Assembly (NCBI GenBank): GCA_002269645.1
Contig: NIVC01000340.1
Location: 248,001-312,000 of the forward strand
Direction: 5' to 3'
DNA: 64,000 nucleotides
Origin: Macrostomum lignano
Lineage: Eukaryota
Shown piece after piece: positions 50,401 to 60,922 of this stretch (the first letter of the stretch is position 1; each line of letters starts with the position of its first letter). A model generated the notes under the pieces. That model searched no databases. It saw nothing but the letters and a program-made list of their open reading frames with translations, and was not told the DNA's origin. A program made the translations under genes and the position numbers.

Positions 50401-52948
50401 GTGTCCTTCAAAAGACACTTAACTCTGCATTGCATCTCAGTTCACCCAGCTGCAAAATGGGTGCCAGCATTAGCTGGGATAATTGAGGGTGTGTGGCGAC
50501 CCCTCCCCCCAGTTCTTGGACTAAAAGCGGCTGAGCTGTCGATTAAATATCTGCCTAATTATAGAGCCCCGGGTTTTGATCGCTTATAATTACAATCATT
50601 ATTATCTTATCACAACACAAAAACTATATGCGATATAGCCTACTCAAATCATAGGAATCAGTAGGCATATAACGAGTTTTATCGTTAAATTGAAACATAA
50701 TCCTTAAAGGTTACGTCATTTTTTAAATATTTCGAAACTTATTTGAAACTTTTTACCCTTTTCTTTTCTTAAATTAGGCGATATCTGCCGCCTCACCTAC
50801 AAGCCGTATTCTTATTTCTCGCGTGAGACGCCGCGTAAAGTCACTGGCGTCATTACCGACAAAACTGGCGTCACTCGTTACGTCATCACTGGCACCTGGG
50901 ACGACCTAATCGAAGGTGCTCGCGTATTAAAAGTTGACGATAGCAAGGCTAAGCAGGTGGCCGAGACTAAACCAGCTGTGGTTCTGTGGAAGCGCAATCC
51001 AATCCTGCCCAATGCCGAACGAATGTACAACTTTACCAAGTTCGCTATGGAGCTCAACGAGCCGGAGGAAGGCGTTGCGCCCACCGACTCTCGACTGCGA
51101 CCGGATCAGCGACTGATGGAGGAAGGACGCTGGGACGACGCCAACAAGGAGAAGGTCAGGCTGGAAGAGAAACAGCGAGCTAAACGGCGTCAGAACGAAG
51201 CCGATGCTGAAGCCGCTTCTTCTGCTGGTAAGTGGGTTCTCAATATACTTTTACAGCGGATTGCTAATCTATCTCATTTGGTTTCCATGGAAGCGGATGG
51301 CTAATCTATCTTATTGAGTTTCAGTGAAAGCGGATGGCTAATCTATCTTATTGAGTTTCTGTGGAAGCGGATGGCTAATCTATCTTATTGAGTTTCAGTG
51401 GAAGCGGGTGGCTAATCTATCTTATTGAGTTTCAGTGGAAGCGGGTGGCTAATCTATCTTATTGAGTTTCAGTGGAAGCGGATGGCTAATCTATCTTATT
51501 GAGTTTCAGTGGAAGCGGATGGCTAATCTATCTTATTGAGTTTCAGTGGAAGCGGATGGCTAATCTATCTTATTGAGTTTCAGTGGAAGCGGATGGCTAA
51601 TCTATCTTATTGAGTTTCAGTGGAAGCGGGTGGCTAATCTATCTTATTGAGTTTCAGTGGAAGCGGGTGGCTAATCTATCTTATTGAGTTTCAGTGGAAG
51701 CGGATGGCTAATCTATCTTATTGAGTTTCAGTGGAAGCGGATGGCTAATCTATCTTATTGAGTTTCAGTGGAAGCGGATGGCTAATCTATCTTATTGAGT
51801 TTCAGTGGAAGCGGATGGCTAATCTATCTCATTGGGTTTCCATCGAAACGGATTGCTAATCTATCTCATTAGGTTGTTGAAGTGAATTGCTAAATTAATT
51901 TTTATCGTTAACGATTGCTAATCTGACGTTAATCAAAACTATGATTGGTATTATCATATTTGCTTAAACCAAAAACGATTTTGTCTGTGCTGTGTCATCG
52001 ATGCCTCAAACTACAGAAGTACATTATAGCTCAGAAACTTGTTTGAAAGCAACTAACTGTTTATGTGCTGAAACAACACGCTGTTTTAGATTGTGAACAA
52101 GATAGCAACGCCAATGCCTCAGGTAATACACGTATATAGTTTTAACAAAATGTGTCTAACTAACAGTTGTGCTGCATTTCTCACTTCCATTTATTACTTT
52201 AAGTAAGGTAAATTAATCTTTTTCAAATTGTTGTTTTACTAGCTGTTGTTGTCATAGTAAATTATTACCACAGTTAGATAAAATCTACCAACTAACAAAA
52301 CACTGGTTTTTTAAAAAAAACCATACCCAAAGTAGCGTACTTTAAGTAGCCTCATTAGTATAATTAAAATATCACTGTAACTGTAACAAACTCGTAGACT
52401 AATTAAGCCTACTTTATGTGCTCTAACTAGAATAATAACGAAAAAGCGCTCTAATCAAGTAACCCACAGGAGCCTACTTTTTAAGTAGTCTAATTAACAT
52501 AATGTTTAAAATAATCGCTGTAATAAATAACCCACAGGAGCCTACTTTCAGTAGTCTAAGTGGTATAATACCACAAAAAATCGCTGTAATCAAATAACCC
52601 GCAGGAGCCTACTTTAAGTAGTCTAAGTGGTATAATACCACAAAAAATCGCTGTAATCAAATAACCCGCAGGAGCCTACTTTAAGTAGTCTAAGTGGTAT
52701 AATACCACAAAAAATCGCTGTAATCAAATAACCCGCAGGAGCCTACTTTAAGTAGTCTAAGTGGTATAATACCACAAAAAATCGCTGTAATCAAATAACC
52801 CGCAGGCCACGGATCATCCGATCATCAGGCAGCCTGGTTCAAGCCCAAGAAGGATCCGATCAGTGGTGGCACAATCCACTGCTTCACTGGCGAGTATTGG
52901 GACTGCAAACAGCGCAGCGAATGGTCCAAGTGTCCCGATCTCTTCTGA
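40668..52948 (+). CDS. OSBP: Oxysterol-binding protein (OSBP/ORP4 type). Exons 40668-40786, 45793-45998, 46115-46380, 47037-47262, 47716-48044, 48953-49441, 49939-50197, 50778-51227, optional 52090-52122, 52806-52948
   Basis: PH domain ([31 protein letters not shown]), FFAT-like [52 protein letters not shown]|VSHHPP signature, [12 protein letters not shown]-term GEYWDCK..W..CPDLF. Confidence 0.95.
41225..42395. mobile_element. Penelope-like retroelement remnant: GIY-YIG fragment with inverted 3' tails
   Basis: Minus-strand [25 protein letters not shown] (41887-41636) and EALYIK..KP.LNKQ; ~355-bp inverted repeat 41227-41583 vs 42041-42395; ~90-bp direct repeat at ~41697 and ~41950. Confidence 0.85.
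42320..42362 (+). ncRNA. Hammerhead-ribozyme-like motif in the Penelope tail; inverted copy at ~41255-41300
   Basis: CTGACGA-T-GCCT/AGGC stem-GAAAC-ATG(C/T)C; stem I pairing not evident. Confidence 0.45.
46470..46915 (+). repeat. 23-bp minisatellite in OSBP intron 3 (AATCCGCCCTGAGATTCGTCCAC)
   Basis: ~18 copies. Confidence 0.95.
47350..47700 (+). repeat. 21-bp minisatellite in OSBP intron 4 (CATCTCACCCTGAGAATCGCC)
   Basis: ~15 copies running up to the acceptor. Confidence 0.93.
48170..48680 (+). repeat. 21-bp minisatellite in OSBP intron 5 (CGCCCTTCTCCCTCCCAGAAT)
   Basis: ~23 copies. Confidence 0.95.
49570..49670 (+). repeat. Short degenerate 21-bp repeat (CTAGCAACTAGT) in OSBP intron 6
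   Basis: ~5 copies. Confidence 0.7.
49670..49830 (+). mobile_element. SINE family B, internally deleted copy
   Basis: GTGCCAGCGGCCCAGGTTCGATT, GTCACATTAGTTCGGGGCT, AAGGCACAATG, GCTGTACACTCCTGTGTCAGTG. Confidence 0.65.
50323..50600 (+). mobile_element. tRNA-derived CORE-like SINE family C, copy 1
   Basis: A box TAGTGGTTAGAGC, B box GGTTCGATTC, then AAGACACTTAACTCT..CAG..CACCCAGCTG.AAAATGGG resembling the MIR/CORE domain; simple-repeat tail. Confidence 0.8.
51255..51870 (+). repeat. 37-bp minisatellite in OSBP intron 8 (GAAGCGGATGGCTAATCTATCTTATTGAGTTTCAGTG)
   Basis: ~16 copies. Confidence 0.96.
52410..52805 (+). repeat. 67-bp tandem repeat that includes the acceptor of the last OSBP exon
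   Basis: AATAACCCGCAG|G ends at 52604, 52671, 52738 and 52805 (functional). Confidence 0.95.
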
Positions 52949-53305
52949 GATTGAATTTATTGATTAAACTGAATCTGTTGCGCTTTTGTGCTTGTCATCC
53001 GGATCATTGCAGATATTGCTCTTTAGCATGCCATGCAAGCGCTGTAGTCTGCATTGTGCACTATTTTATTGTGTCAGATCTCGGTTCCTACTGTAAGTAT
53101 TGAAATTGCTTATATAATATATTGTTATTATAATAATCAAATGGTTTGTTCAGTCAGTGCCTAAGACTGTTAATTCTTGCTTTTTTAAATCCTTCCCTGC
53201 AGTCTATCCAAGCTTATTTTTAACCTTTTCATCCTTGCGTTGGCTTACTACTACTGCTAACAGCTACCTGTCAGTAGTATACTATGATGATTTTCCGTTT
53301 GATCT

Positions 53306-53612
53306 GGGGGTCGAAGCTTAGTGGTCAGAGCGTCGGACTCACGACCAAAAGGTCGGGGGTTCGATTCCTGATCTCACTCGGAACAATTCGTCTCACTGAG
53401 CAAGACACTTAACTCTGCATTGCTTCAGCTCACCCAGCTGTAAAATGGGTGCCAGCATTAGCTGGGGATAATTGAGGGTGTGTGAGGATCCCACAGTCCT
53501 GGGACTGAACAGCCGTACGCAGCCTTCAAATGCGCCGCGCAAAATAGCTGCGGCTGAGCTGTCGGTTGCACATCTGCCCAATAGTACAGGTGTAATTTAT
53601 TATTATTAATTA
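53306..53612 (+). mobile_element. CORE-like SINE family C, copy 2
   Basis: Clearly homologous to the copy at 50323 (TCGGACTCACGA, CACTTAACTCTGCATTGC, GTGCCAGCATTAGCTGGG); (TTA)n tail. Confidence 0.8.
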
Positions 53613-54361
53613 TTGACATTATCTGTGTTGAAAGATTCCCGACTGTAGGGCAAATCTCACTGTGCATGAGTGAAAGGATAAATTGGTGTTAGCTTTGATC
53701 TATCTTTAACTATGGCAGTGTTTCTATTTTTATTCATTGCAGTGCATCCCTCTGACCGATTGCATATACGAATATGATAGTTATATATAACTGATCACTA
53801 ATGATTGACTTCTGTATTATCTGTTATCCGTGCACTAATGATATAATAAAGGTTTATTGTGTCTAAAAAACTGCATGTGCTTTTTGATTAATTTAACTAT
53901 TTATTGAAACAATAGGAATTGACCTTTCCATTGTATTCATTATTCTTGTCTATTAATAAATTGGCTTATTTTTTATTGGCATCCCCAGAAAACTACTTTG
54001 ATTGTCTTCTGTCTCTAAAACCACAGCGCACTACTAACAGCAGTGTCTTGAGACTTTTTTGTCCCGTTTTTGTTTTAATTTTCCGCCTTTTTTGTTAAAA
54101 CTACATTTATCGTTAAAGATCAGTAACCAAATTAAATTAAAAGTTTTCTCTGCTCTGCTATGCTGTGTGATCATGATTTTTGAACTAATAATAGTAGTAA
54201 AATTGCTACTTTACTACTGCTTTAAAGTAATGTAGCCGCTGACGAAATACACGATGAAAAAAAGAACGATTTGATTTTTTTGGTCTTTCAATTAAAACTT
54301 GTTTGTAATTATTTTTTATTTATACCTTTTTAGTTTCTTGTCTTTATTGTTTCTGGGTTTA

Positions 54362-54905
54362 TCACCAGCCTCCCAAATCCTCAGTTGCTGGGCCAGCCTC
54401 CCAGATCCCCAGTTGCTGGGCCAGCCTCCCAGATCCTCAGTTGCTGGGCCAGCCTCCCAGATCCTCAGTTGCTGGGCCAGCCTCCCAGATCCTCAGTTGC
54501 TGGGCCAGCCTCCCAGATCCCCAGTTGATGGGCCAACCTCCCAGATCCCCAGTTGCTGGGCCAGCCTCCCAGATTCCCAGTTGCTGGGCCAGCCTCCCAG
54601 ATTCCCAGTTGCTGGGCCAGCCTCCCAGATTCCCAGTTGCTGGGCCAGCCTCCCATATTTCCAGTTGCTGGGCCAGCCTCCCAGATTCTCAGTTGCTGGG
54701 CCAGCCTCCCAGATCCCCAGTTGCTGGGCCAGCCTCCCAGATCCCCAGTTGTTGGGCCAGCCTCCCAGAGTGTCAGTTGCTGGGCCAACCTCCCAGATCC
54801 CCAGTTGCTGGGCCAGCCTCCCAGATCCCCAGTTGCTGGGCCAGCCTCCCAGATCCCCAGTTGCTGGGCCAGCCTCCCAGATCCCCAGTTGCTGGGCCAG
54901 CCAGC
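54362..54905 (+). repeat. Dispersed minisatellite family A, copy 3 (24-bp CCAGCCTCCCAGATCC(T/C)CAGTTGCTGGG)
   Basis: ~22 copies ending ~70 nt upstream of the PSMB7 ATG. Confidence 0.97.
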
Positions 54906-54973
54906 CCCAAGATTCCGGATTACCTACTCACTAACCGTGTGTCGAACCTCGCACTCATGCCACTAAGTCTTCA

Positions 54974-56169
54974 ATGGCCATGCTAGAGGAGCCATCCTGT
55001 CCCGGATTTGTATTCGACAATGTCCTGCGCAATCAGCACCTGCTGGCGAAGTGCGGCGGAGGCAGCCAAGCTGACGCCGCCGCCTCTTCAACCTCGGCGC
55101 TGCCGCGGGCCAAGAAGACGGGCACCACCATAGTTGGCTGCGTATTCAATGGCGGCGTGGTTCTGGGCGCCGATACGCGAGCAACGGAGGGCAACATTGT
55201 GGCCGACAAGGACTGCAGCAAGATTCACTACATATCGGACAGGATCTACTGCTGCGGCGCTGGCACCGCCGCCGACACCGAAATGGTTACTAGGCAGATT
55301 TCGGCTCAAATTTGTCTGCACCGACTGTCTACTGGCCGGTTGCCGAGGGTGATTACGGCCAAGCAGCTGCTCAAGGATTACCTGTTTAGGTAATCCTCTC
55401 TTATTAATTGTGTTTTGGCTATACTGTGTGTTGGGTTGCACTTTCTTAGAAAGAAACACCCGGAGAACTTTAAATGTTGGTCAGAAATACGATTGACTGA
55501 CTGACTGACTGACTGACTGACTGACTGACTTGAGTGACTGACACTGACTGACTGACTGACTGACTGACTGACTGACTGACTGACTGACTGACTGACTGAC
55601 TGACTGACTGACTGACTGACTGACCTACTAATCAACTAACTCTAACTAACTAACTATCTAACTTACTTATTTACTAACCAACTAACTATCTAACTGCCCT
55701 CAGATACCAGGGCTACATCGGCGCCGCCCTAGTCATTGGCGGCGTAGACTACCAGGGTCCGCACCTGTACTCGGTGGCTCCCCACGGCTCGGTGGACTGC
55801 GCCCCCTACATCACCATGGGCAGCGGCAGCCTCGCCGCCATGGCGGTCTTTGAAAGCCGGTTCAAGCCGGATCTGGACCAGGGCCAGGCTGTCCAACTGG
55901 TCCGGGACGCCATCCTAGCCGGCATCTTCAACGATCTCGGCAGCGGCTCCAATGTTGACGTCTGCATCATCCGTCAGGACGGTGTTGAATACCTGCGGCC
56001 CTACCTGAGAGCCAATGAGAAAGGCCAGCGGGCGGCTGTCTACCGAGGCGGCAAGCCGGCTGTGCTGCGCACCGACCGCCGTCCAGTGCTGGCCGACATC
56101 ATCAGCACCCGGATCATCCGCGACTCCGGGGCCGCCCAGGCTGCTGGCGAGACGCCAATGGAAACTTGA
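54974..56169 (+). CDS. PSMB7: 20S proteasome subunit beta-2 (beta type-7), two exons (54974-55389, 55704-56169)
   Basis: Propeptide [10 protein letters not shown], catalytic KTG|[66 protein letters not shown]. Confidence 0.96.
55490..55695 (+). repeat. (CTGA)n microsatellite grading into CTAA(C/T) repeats in the PSMB7 intron
   Basis: Directly visible. Confidence 0.95.
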
Positions 56170-56274
56170 TTGATGGTTCAGACTGAAACCAATATGACTA
56201 AGTGTTGAAACATATCCCCGCTTGGTTTCACAATCCCAGGCTTCATGGGGCTGGGGTTGTGAATATTTGAGGGA

Positions 56275-56575
56275 TATGACAGTATAAGGATTTATGATTG
56301 AGGATGTGAAGATTGAGGATGTCAAGATTGGGGATGTGAAGATTAGGGATGTGAAGATTGAGGATTAGAAGATTGAGGATCTGAAGATTAGTGGTGTGAA
56401 GATTAAGGATGTGAAGATTGGGGATGTTAAGATTGGGGATGTGAAGATTAGGGATGTGAAGATTGGGGATGTGAAGATTAGGGATGTGAAGATTGAGGAT
56501 TAGAAGATTGGAGATGTGAAGATTAGTGGTGTGAAGATCGAGGATGTGAAGATTGGGGATGTGAAGATTGGAGAT
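56275..56575 (+). repeat. 15-bp minisatellite (GATGTGAAGATTGGG) downstream of PSMB7
   Basis: ~20 copies. Confidence 0.93.
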
Positions 56576-57089
56576 ATACAGTTTAGGGCGACGTAAACTT
56601 GTGAACTTCTTAGAAATTATAAGGTCAAAGAGATTTGGGAAACAGAGCAAGTTTTCGGGGCTTTACAGAGCGCCCTCCCTCCTGCCCCCTCCCCCCGCCA
56701 GTTTAAGTTGTTATTCAGCAAAGCTCCTAATAGCGATACCAGTGTCGTATGTACTCTGCCTATAATTGTTTCCTAAGTACAACAAATGTTCATCTATGTA
56801 CTCCCTCTTAGTTTTCCGTATGTTACTTCAATTTTATTACGAGTAATATTTGAATTTTCTATTTACAATAGTTATCTTACTTTGTTGGTCGTAACAGTCT
56901 AAAAATAGAAAGTTCAAATAATTCATGTGCGTACTGCTAAATATATTTAAATATATTATATAATCAATAAATTCTCTCAGCGCTTAAGCTATCTAAATAA
57001 ATACTGCTAGCTTGAGCGAGTCTGTTCAAAACCTGCATTGAAAAGTTTCAGTCGAAACTGAAGTTTTTGTTTGTTTACCGTTTCTCGTT

Positions 57090-57722
57090 TCCTCAGTTGC
57101 TGGGCCGAGCAGGCTGAGTAAAAGCATGTGTCCCAGATCCTCAGTTGCTAAGCCAGCCTCCCAGATCCCCAGTTGCTGGGCCAGCCTCTCAGATGCCCAG
57201 TTGCTGGGCCAGCCTCCCAGATCCCCAGTTGCTGGGCCAGCCTCCCAGATCCCCAGTTGCTGGGCCAGCCTCCCAGATCCCCAGTTGCTGGGCCAGCCTC
57301 CCAGATCCCCAGTTGCTGGGCCAGCCTCCCAGATCCCCAGTTGCTGGGCCAGCCTCCCAGATCCCCAGTTGCTGGGCCAGCCTCCCAGATCCTCAGTTGC
57401 TGGGCCAGCCTCTCAGATCCCCAGTTGCTGGGCCAGCCTCTCAGATCCCCAGTTGCTGGGCCAGCCTCTCAGATCCCCAGTTGCTGGGCCAGCCTCTCAG
57501 ATCCCCAGTTGCTGGGCCAGCCTCCCAGATCCTCAGTTGCTGGGCCAGCCTCCCAGATCCCCAGTTGCTGGGCCAGTCTCCCAGATCCCCAGTTGCTGGG
57601 CCAGCCTCTCAGATCCCCAGTTGCTGGGCCAGCCTCCCAGATCCTCAGTTGCTGGGCCAGCCTCCCAGATCCCTAGTTGCTGGGCCAGCCTCTCAGATCC
57701 CCAGTTGCTGGGCCAGCCTCCC
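57090..57722 (+). repeat. Dispersed minisatellite family A, copy 4
   Basis: ~25 copies of the 24-bp unit. Confidence 0.97.
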
Positions 57723-57796
57723 AATTCCTCGGTTGATTTATTAATTAAAATTCGCTGTGAGTTTTGAGTCCAGCGACGCCAGTGCATTTTGTTTTA

Positions 57797-58055
57797 GACA
57801 GAGCAGCTCAGCGGTAAACAAGTCCGGCTCTCGCACTGCATGACCCCTGGTTTGATTCCCTGCGCTGCGACATTAATCTGGGGCTTGTGTGTATGAAAAA
57901 TTTGCCCTTGGGGTTGTGGTGCGATTCGCAGCCATGAGAGCCAGTCCCCAAGGCACAATGTACAAATTTGTACATGATCCTGATTAGAAAGTCAAAGGGC
58001 CGCTGAACACCGGGCCTGTGTATGAATGAGTGTCTGCGTACAGTATTTGCGCACT
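57797..58055 (+). mobile_element. SINE family B, copy 3
   Basis: AGCTCAGCGGTAAA (A box), GGTTTGATTCCC (B box), GACATTAATCTGGGGCT, GAGAGCCAGTCCCCAAGGCACAATG, GGGCCGCTGAAC. Confidence 0.7.
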
Positions 58056-58109
58056 TTTATGTGCTCAGGATTAGACTGAATGAGCAGAATTGCCTCAGCT
58101 ACCGCAGTT

Positions 58110-59180
58110 GGTATTGCTATAGATGCAGCAGTGGGTATTGCTATAGATACAGTGGATATTGCTATAGATACAGCAGCGGGTATTGCTATAGATACAGTGG
58201 ATATTGCTATAGATACAGCAGCGGGTATTGCTATAGATACAGTGGATATTGCTATAGATACAGCAGCGGGTATTGCTATAGATACAGTGGATATTGCTAT
58301 AGATACAGCAGCGGGTATTGCTATAGATACAGTGGATATTGCTATAGATACAGCAGTCGGTATTGCCATAGATATAGCAGTTGGTATTGCTATAGATACA
58401 GCAGTGGGTATTGCTATAGATACAGTGGATATTGCTATAGATACAGCAGCGGGTATTGCTATAGATACAGTGGATATTGCTATAGATACAGCAGCGGGTA
58501 TTGCTATAGATACAGTGGATATTGCTATAGATACAGCAGCGGGTATTGCTATAGATACAGTGGATATTGCTATAGATACAGCAGCGGGTATTGCTATAGA
58601 TACAGTGGATATTGCTATAGATACAGCAGCGGGTATTGCTATAGATACAGTGGATATTGCTATAGATACAGCAGCGGGTATTGCTATAAATACAGTGGAT
58701 ATTGCTATAGATACAGCAGCGGGTATTGCTATAGATACAGTGGATATTGCTATAGATACAGCAGTCGGTATTGCCATAGATATAGCAGTTGGTATTGCTA
58801 TAGATACAGCAGTGGGTATCGCTATAGATACAGCAGTGGGTATCGCTTTAGATACAGCAGTGGGTATCGCTATAGATGCAGCAGTGGGTATTGCTATAGA
58901 TACAGTGGATATCGCTATAGATACAGCAGTTGGTATTGCTATAGATACAGCAGTGGGTATCGCTATAGATGCAGCAGTTGGTATCGCTATAGACACAGCA
59001 GTGGGTATCGCTATAGACACAGCAGTGGGTATCGCTATAGACACAGCAGTTGGTATTGCTATAGATACAGCAGTGGGTATCGCTATAGATACAGCAGTGG
59101 GTATCGCTATAGATACAGTGGGTATCGCTATAGATACAGCAGTGGGTATCGCTATAGATGCAGCAGTGGGTATCGCTGTC
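58110..59180 (+). repeat. 24/21-bp alternating (45-bp higher-order) minisatellite (GCTATAGATACAGCAGCGGGTATT / GCTATAGATACAGTGGATATT)
   Basis: Directly visible; produces the spurious long ORFs at 57992-59249. Confidence 0.97.
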
Positions 59181-59232
59181 CTGAAAATTTGCTATAGTCT
59201 TGCTCAATCGGAAAATCCTGAAGCAACAAGAG

Positions 59233-59740
59233 ATGGTCCCATTTACTAAGGTTGATGACAAGAAAACAAAAAAATCACTTCGTAACCTCTTAAAAGCCGA
59301 ACAAAGGTAAAGCTTCATTTTAACGGTATAGCTATTGTTTTTTTTTATCAATAGGCTTGAATTTCAAAATGGGGATACACGAGCTACGTCAGTTAAAATG
59401 GATGTTTGGATCAGCATTCATCTTTTCGATACTCTTGATAATCTTAATACACTATCTGAAAGTAAGACCAGTTTTTGTGTGAACTCATCCACGTTCGATT
59501 CATGTTTCGCTTTCTGCAGTCAATTTTCCACTCGGGGCTTTCAAAAGTGAACACGGAGACTCTAGGCTGTCGCTTCGCCTAGTCAAAATAGTCCATGGCC
59601 CAAACCAAAATTGCTGGAAAGCGCAATCAGTTTTCCAACCGAGGCAATATTGGCAGAGGACTCCATGGAGTGAGTAGAGGTAGTTGTATGTTCTGTTCTT
59701 TTGCTATTTAGCCAAACTGGTTGTTAGTATACCAGTATAG
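59233..59740 (+). CDS. Candidate small orphan gene, four exons (59233-59306, 59355-59461, 59520-59669, 59712-59740), 119 aa
   Basis: Three short canonical GT-AG introns (48, 58, 42 nt) join in frame (360 nt including stop); acceptor at 59197 upstream of ATG; no recognised domain. Confidence 0.35.
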
Positions 59741-59849
59741 TAAAAATGGACTCAAGAAAAATTCCTTTAGATACAGTGTATTCCATGACAAGTGTTTGAT
59801 TTTAATTTTTATTATTAATTCTCGTTCGTAGAATAAACATTGGATCCTA

Positions 59850-60190
59850 AAACCACTTGATCGTTTAATAAACACTTGATCTCAAAAAGAAACACTTTAA
59901 CGAAAAATCAATAATTGTAAAAAACACGATCGTAAAATAAGCACTCGATGATATCATAAAATGATAACCACGGGATCATAACATGATAAACACTCGATCG
60001 TAAAATTATAAACACTCGATCGTAAAACGATAATTACACTCGATGATATCATAAAATGATAAACACCGGATCATAAGATGATAAACACTCGATCGTAAAC
60101 TGATAAACACTCATCGTAAAAAAATAAACACTCGATCGTAAAATGATAAACAAGTGATCAGCTAGTGATAAACACTCGATCATGCCTATA
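59850..60190. repeat. Degenerate ~20-bp repeat (TGATAAACACTCGATCGTAAAA); scattered copies to ~60870
   Basis: Directly visible. Confidence 0.8.
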
Positions 60191-60922
60191 GTAAAAACAC
60201 CTTGAATGCAATATGAAGTAAGCAATTTAGCATCGAATAAATACTAGCATCTTAAGCTAGGGTTTTGAGACAACACGATAAACGCTCGATGGCGCATTAT
60301 ACTTCCTTGATAGCAGCCAAATGATAAAACTTGCTACAGTCTGTTTTGTAAAATAAAATCTTAAAGAGGCAGAATAAACAGAAATAAACAAATCGGTGAG
60401 TGTGATAAGCCCGATAGTGCGTGATAAACCAGCAATCACCACCGATAAACACTTGCTTATATATTATATCAAGACTCAATAGTGCATACTAAACATTAAA
60501 AGTAGTAATAATCGTTTCTTTAAGTATAGTAAAACGATGATGCAAATCTTAAACACTCGTAAATGATATCTGATAACATCTGATAAACCATGAAATAGCA
60601 TGAAAAATAATTGATATTGTACACTGTATGTCGAGTACACGATTGTGCAGCATAAACATTCAATTGTGCACGATAAACACTCGATATTTTGTATTATAAA
60701 CACTTGTTAGTGCGTGCTTAATAAAATTTTTATAACACGTGATAAATGTTAAACAATTGTTCGTCTATGATAAACATTCGGTAGTCCAAGATAAACACTC
60801 AATAGTCTAATGATAAACACTTGATCTTCTTTTATAAACAACCCAATCGTCAATGCTTAAACACTCGATATTGTATGTTCATCTTGATCAGTTTTGAAAA
60901 CTACTTTCCCAGTGAGTAGTAT

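Noticed and set aside
57992-59351. 350-390 aa ORFs in three frames
   Set aside because: Entirely tandem-repeat-derived with no unique domain; treated as a repeat
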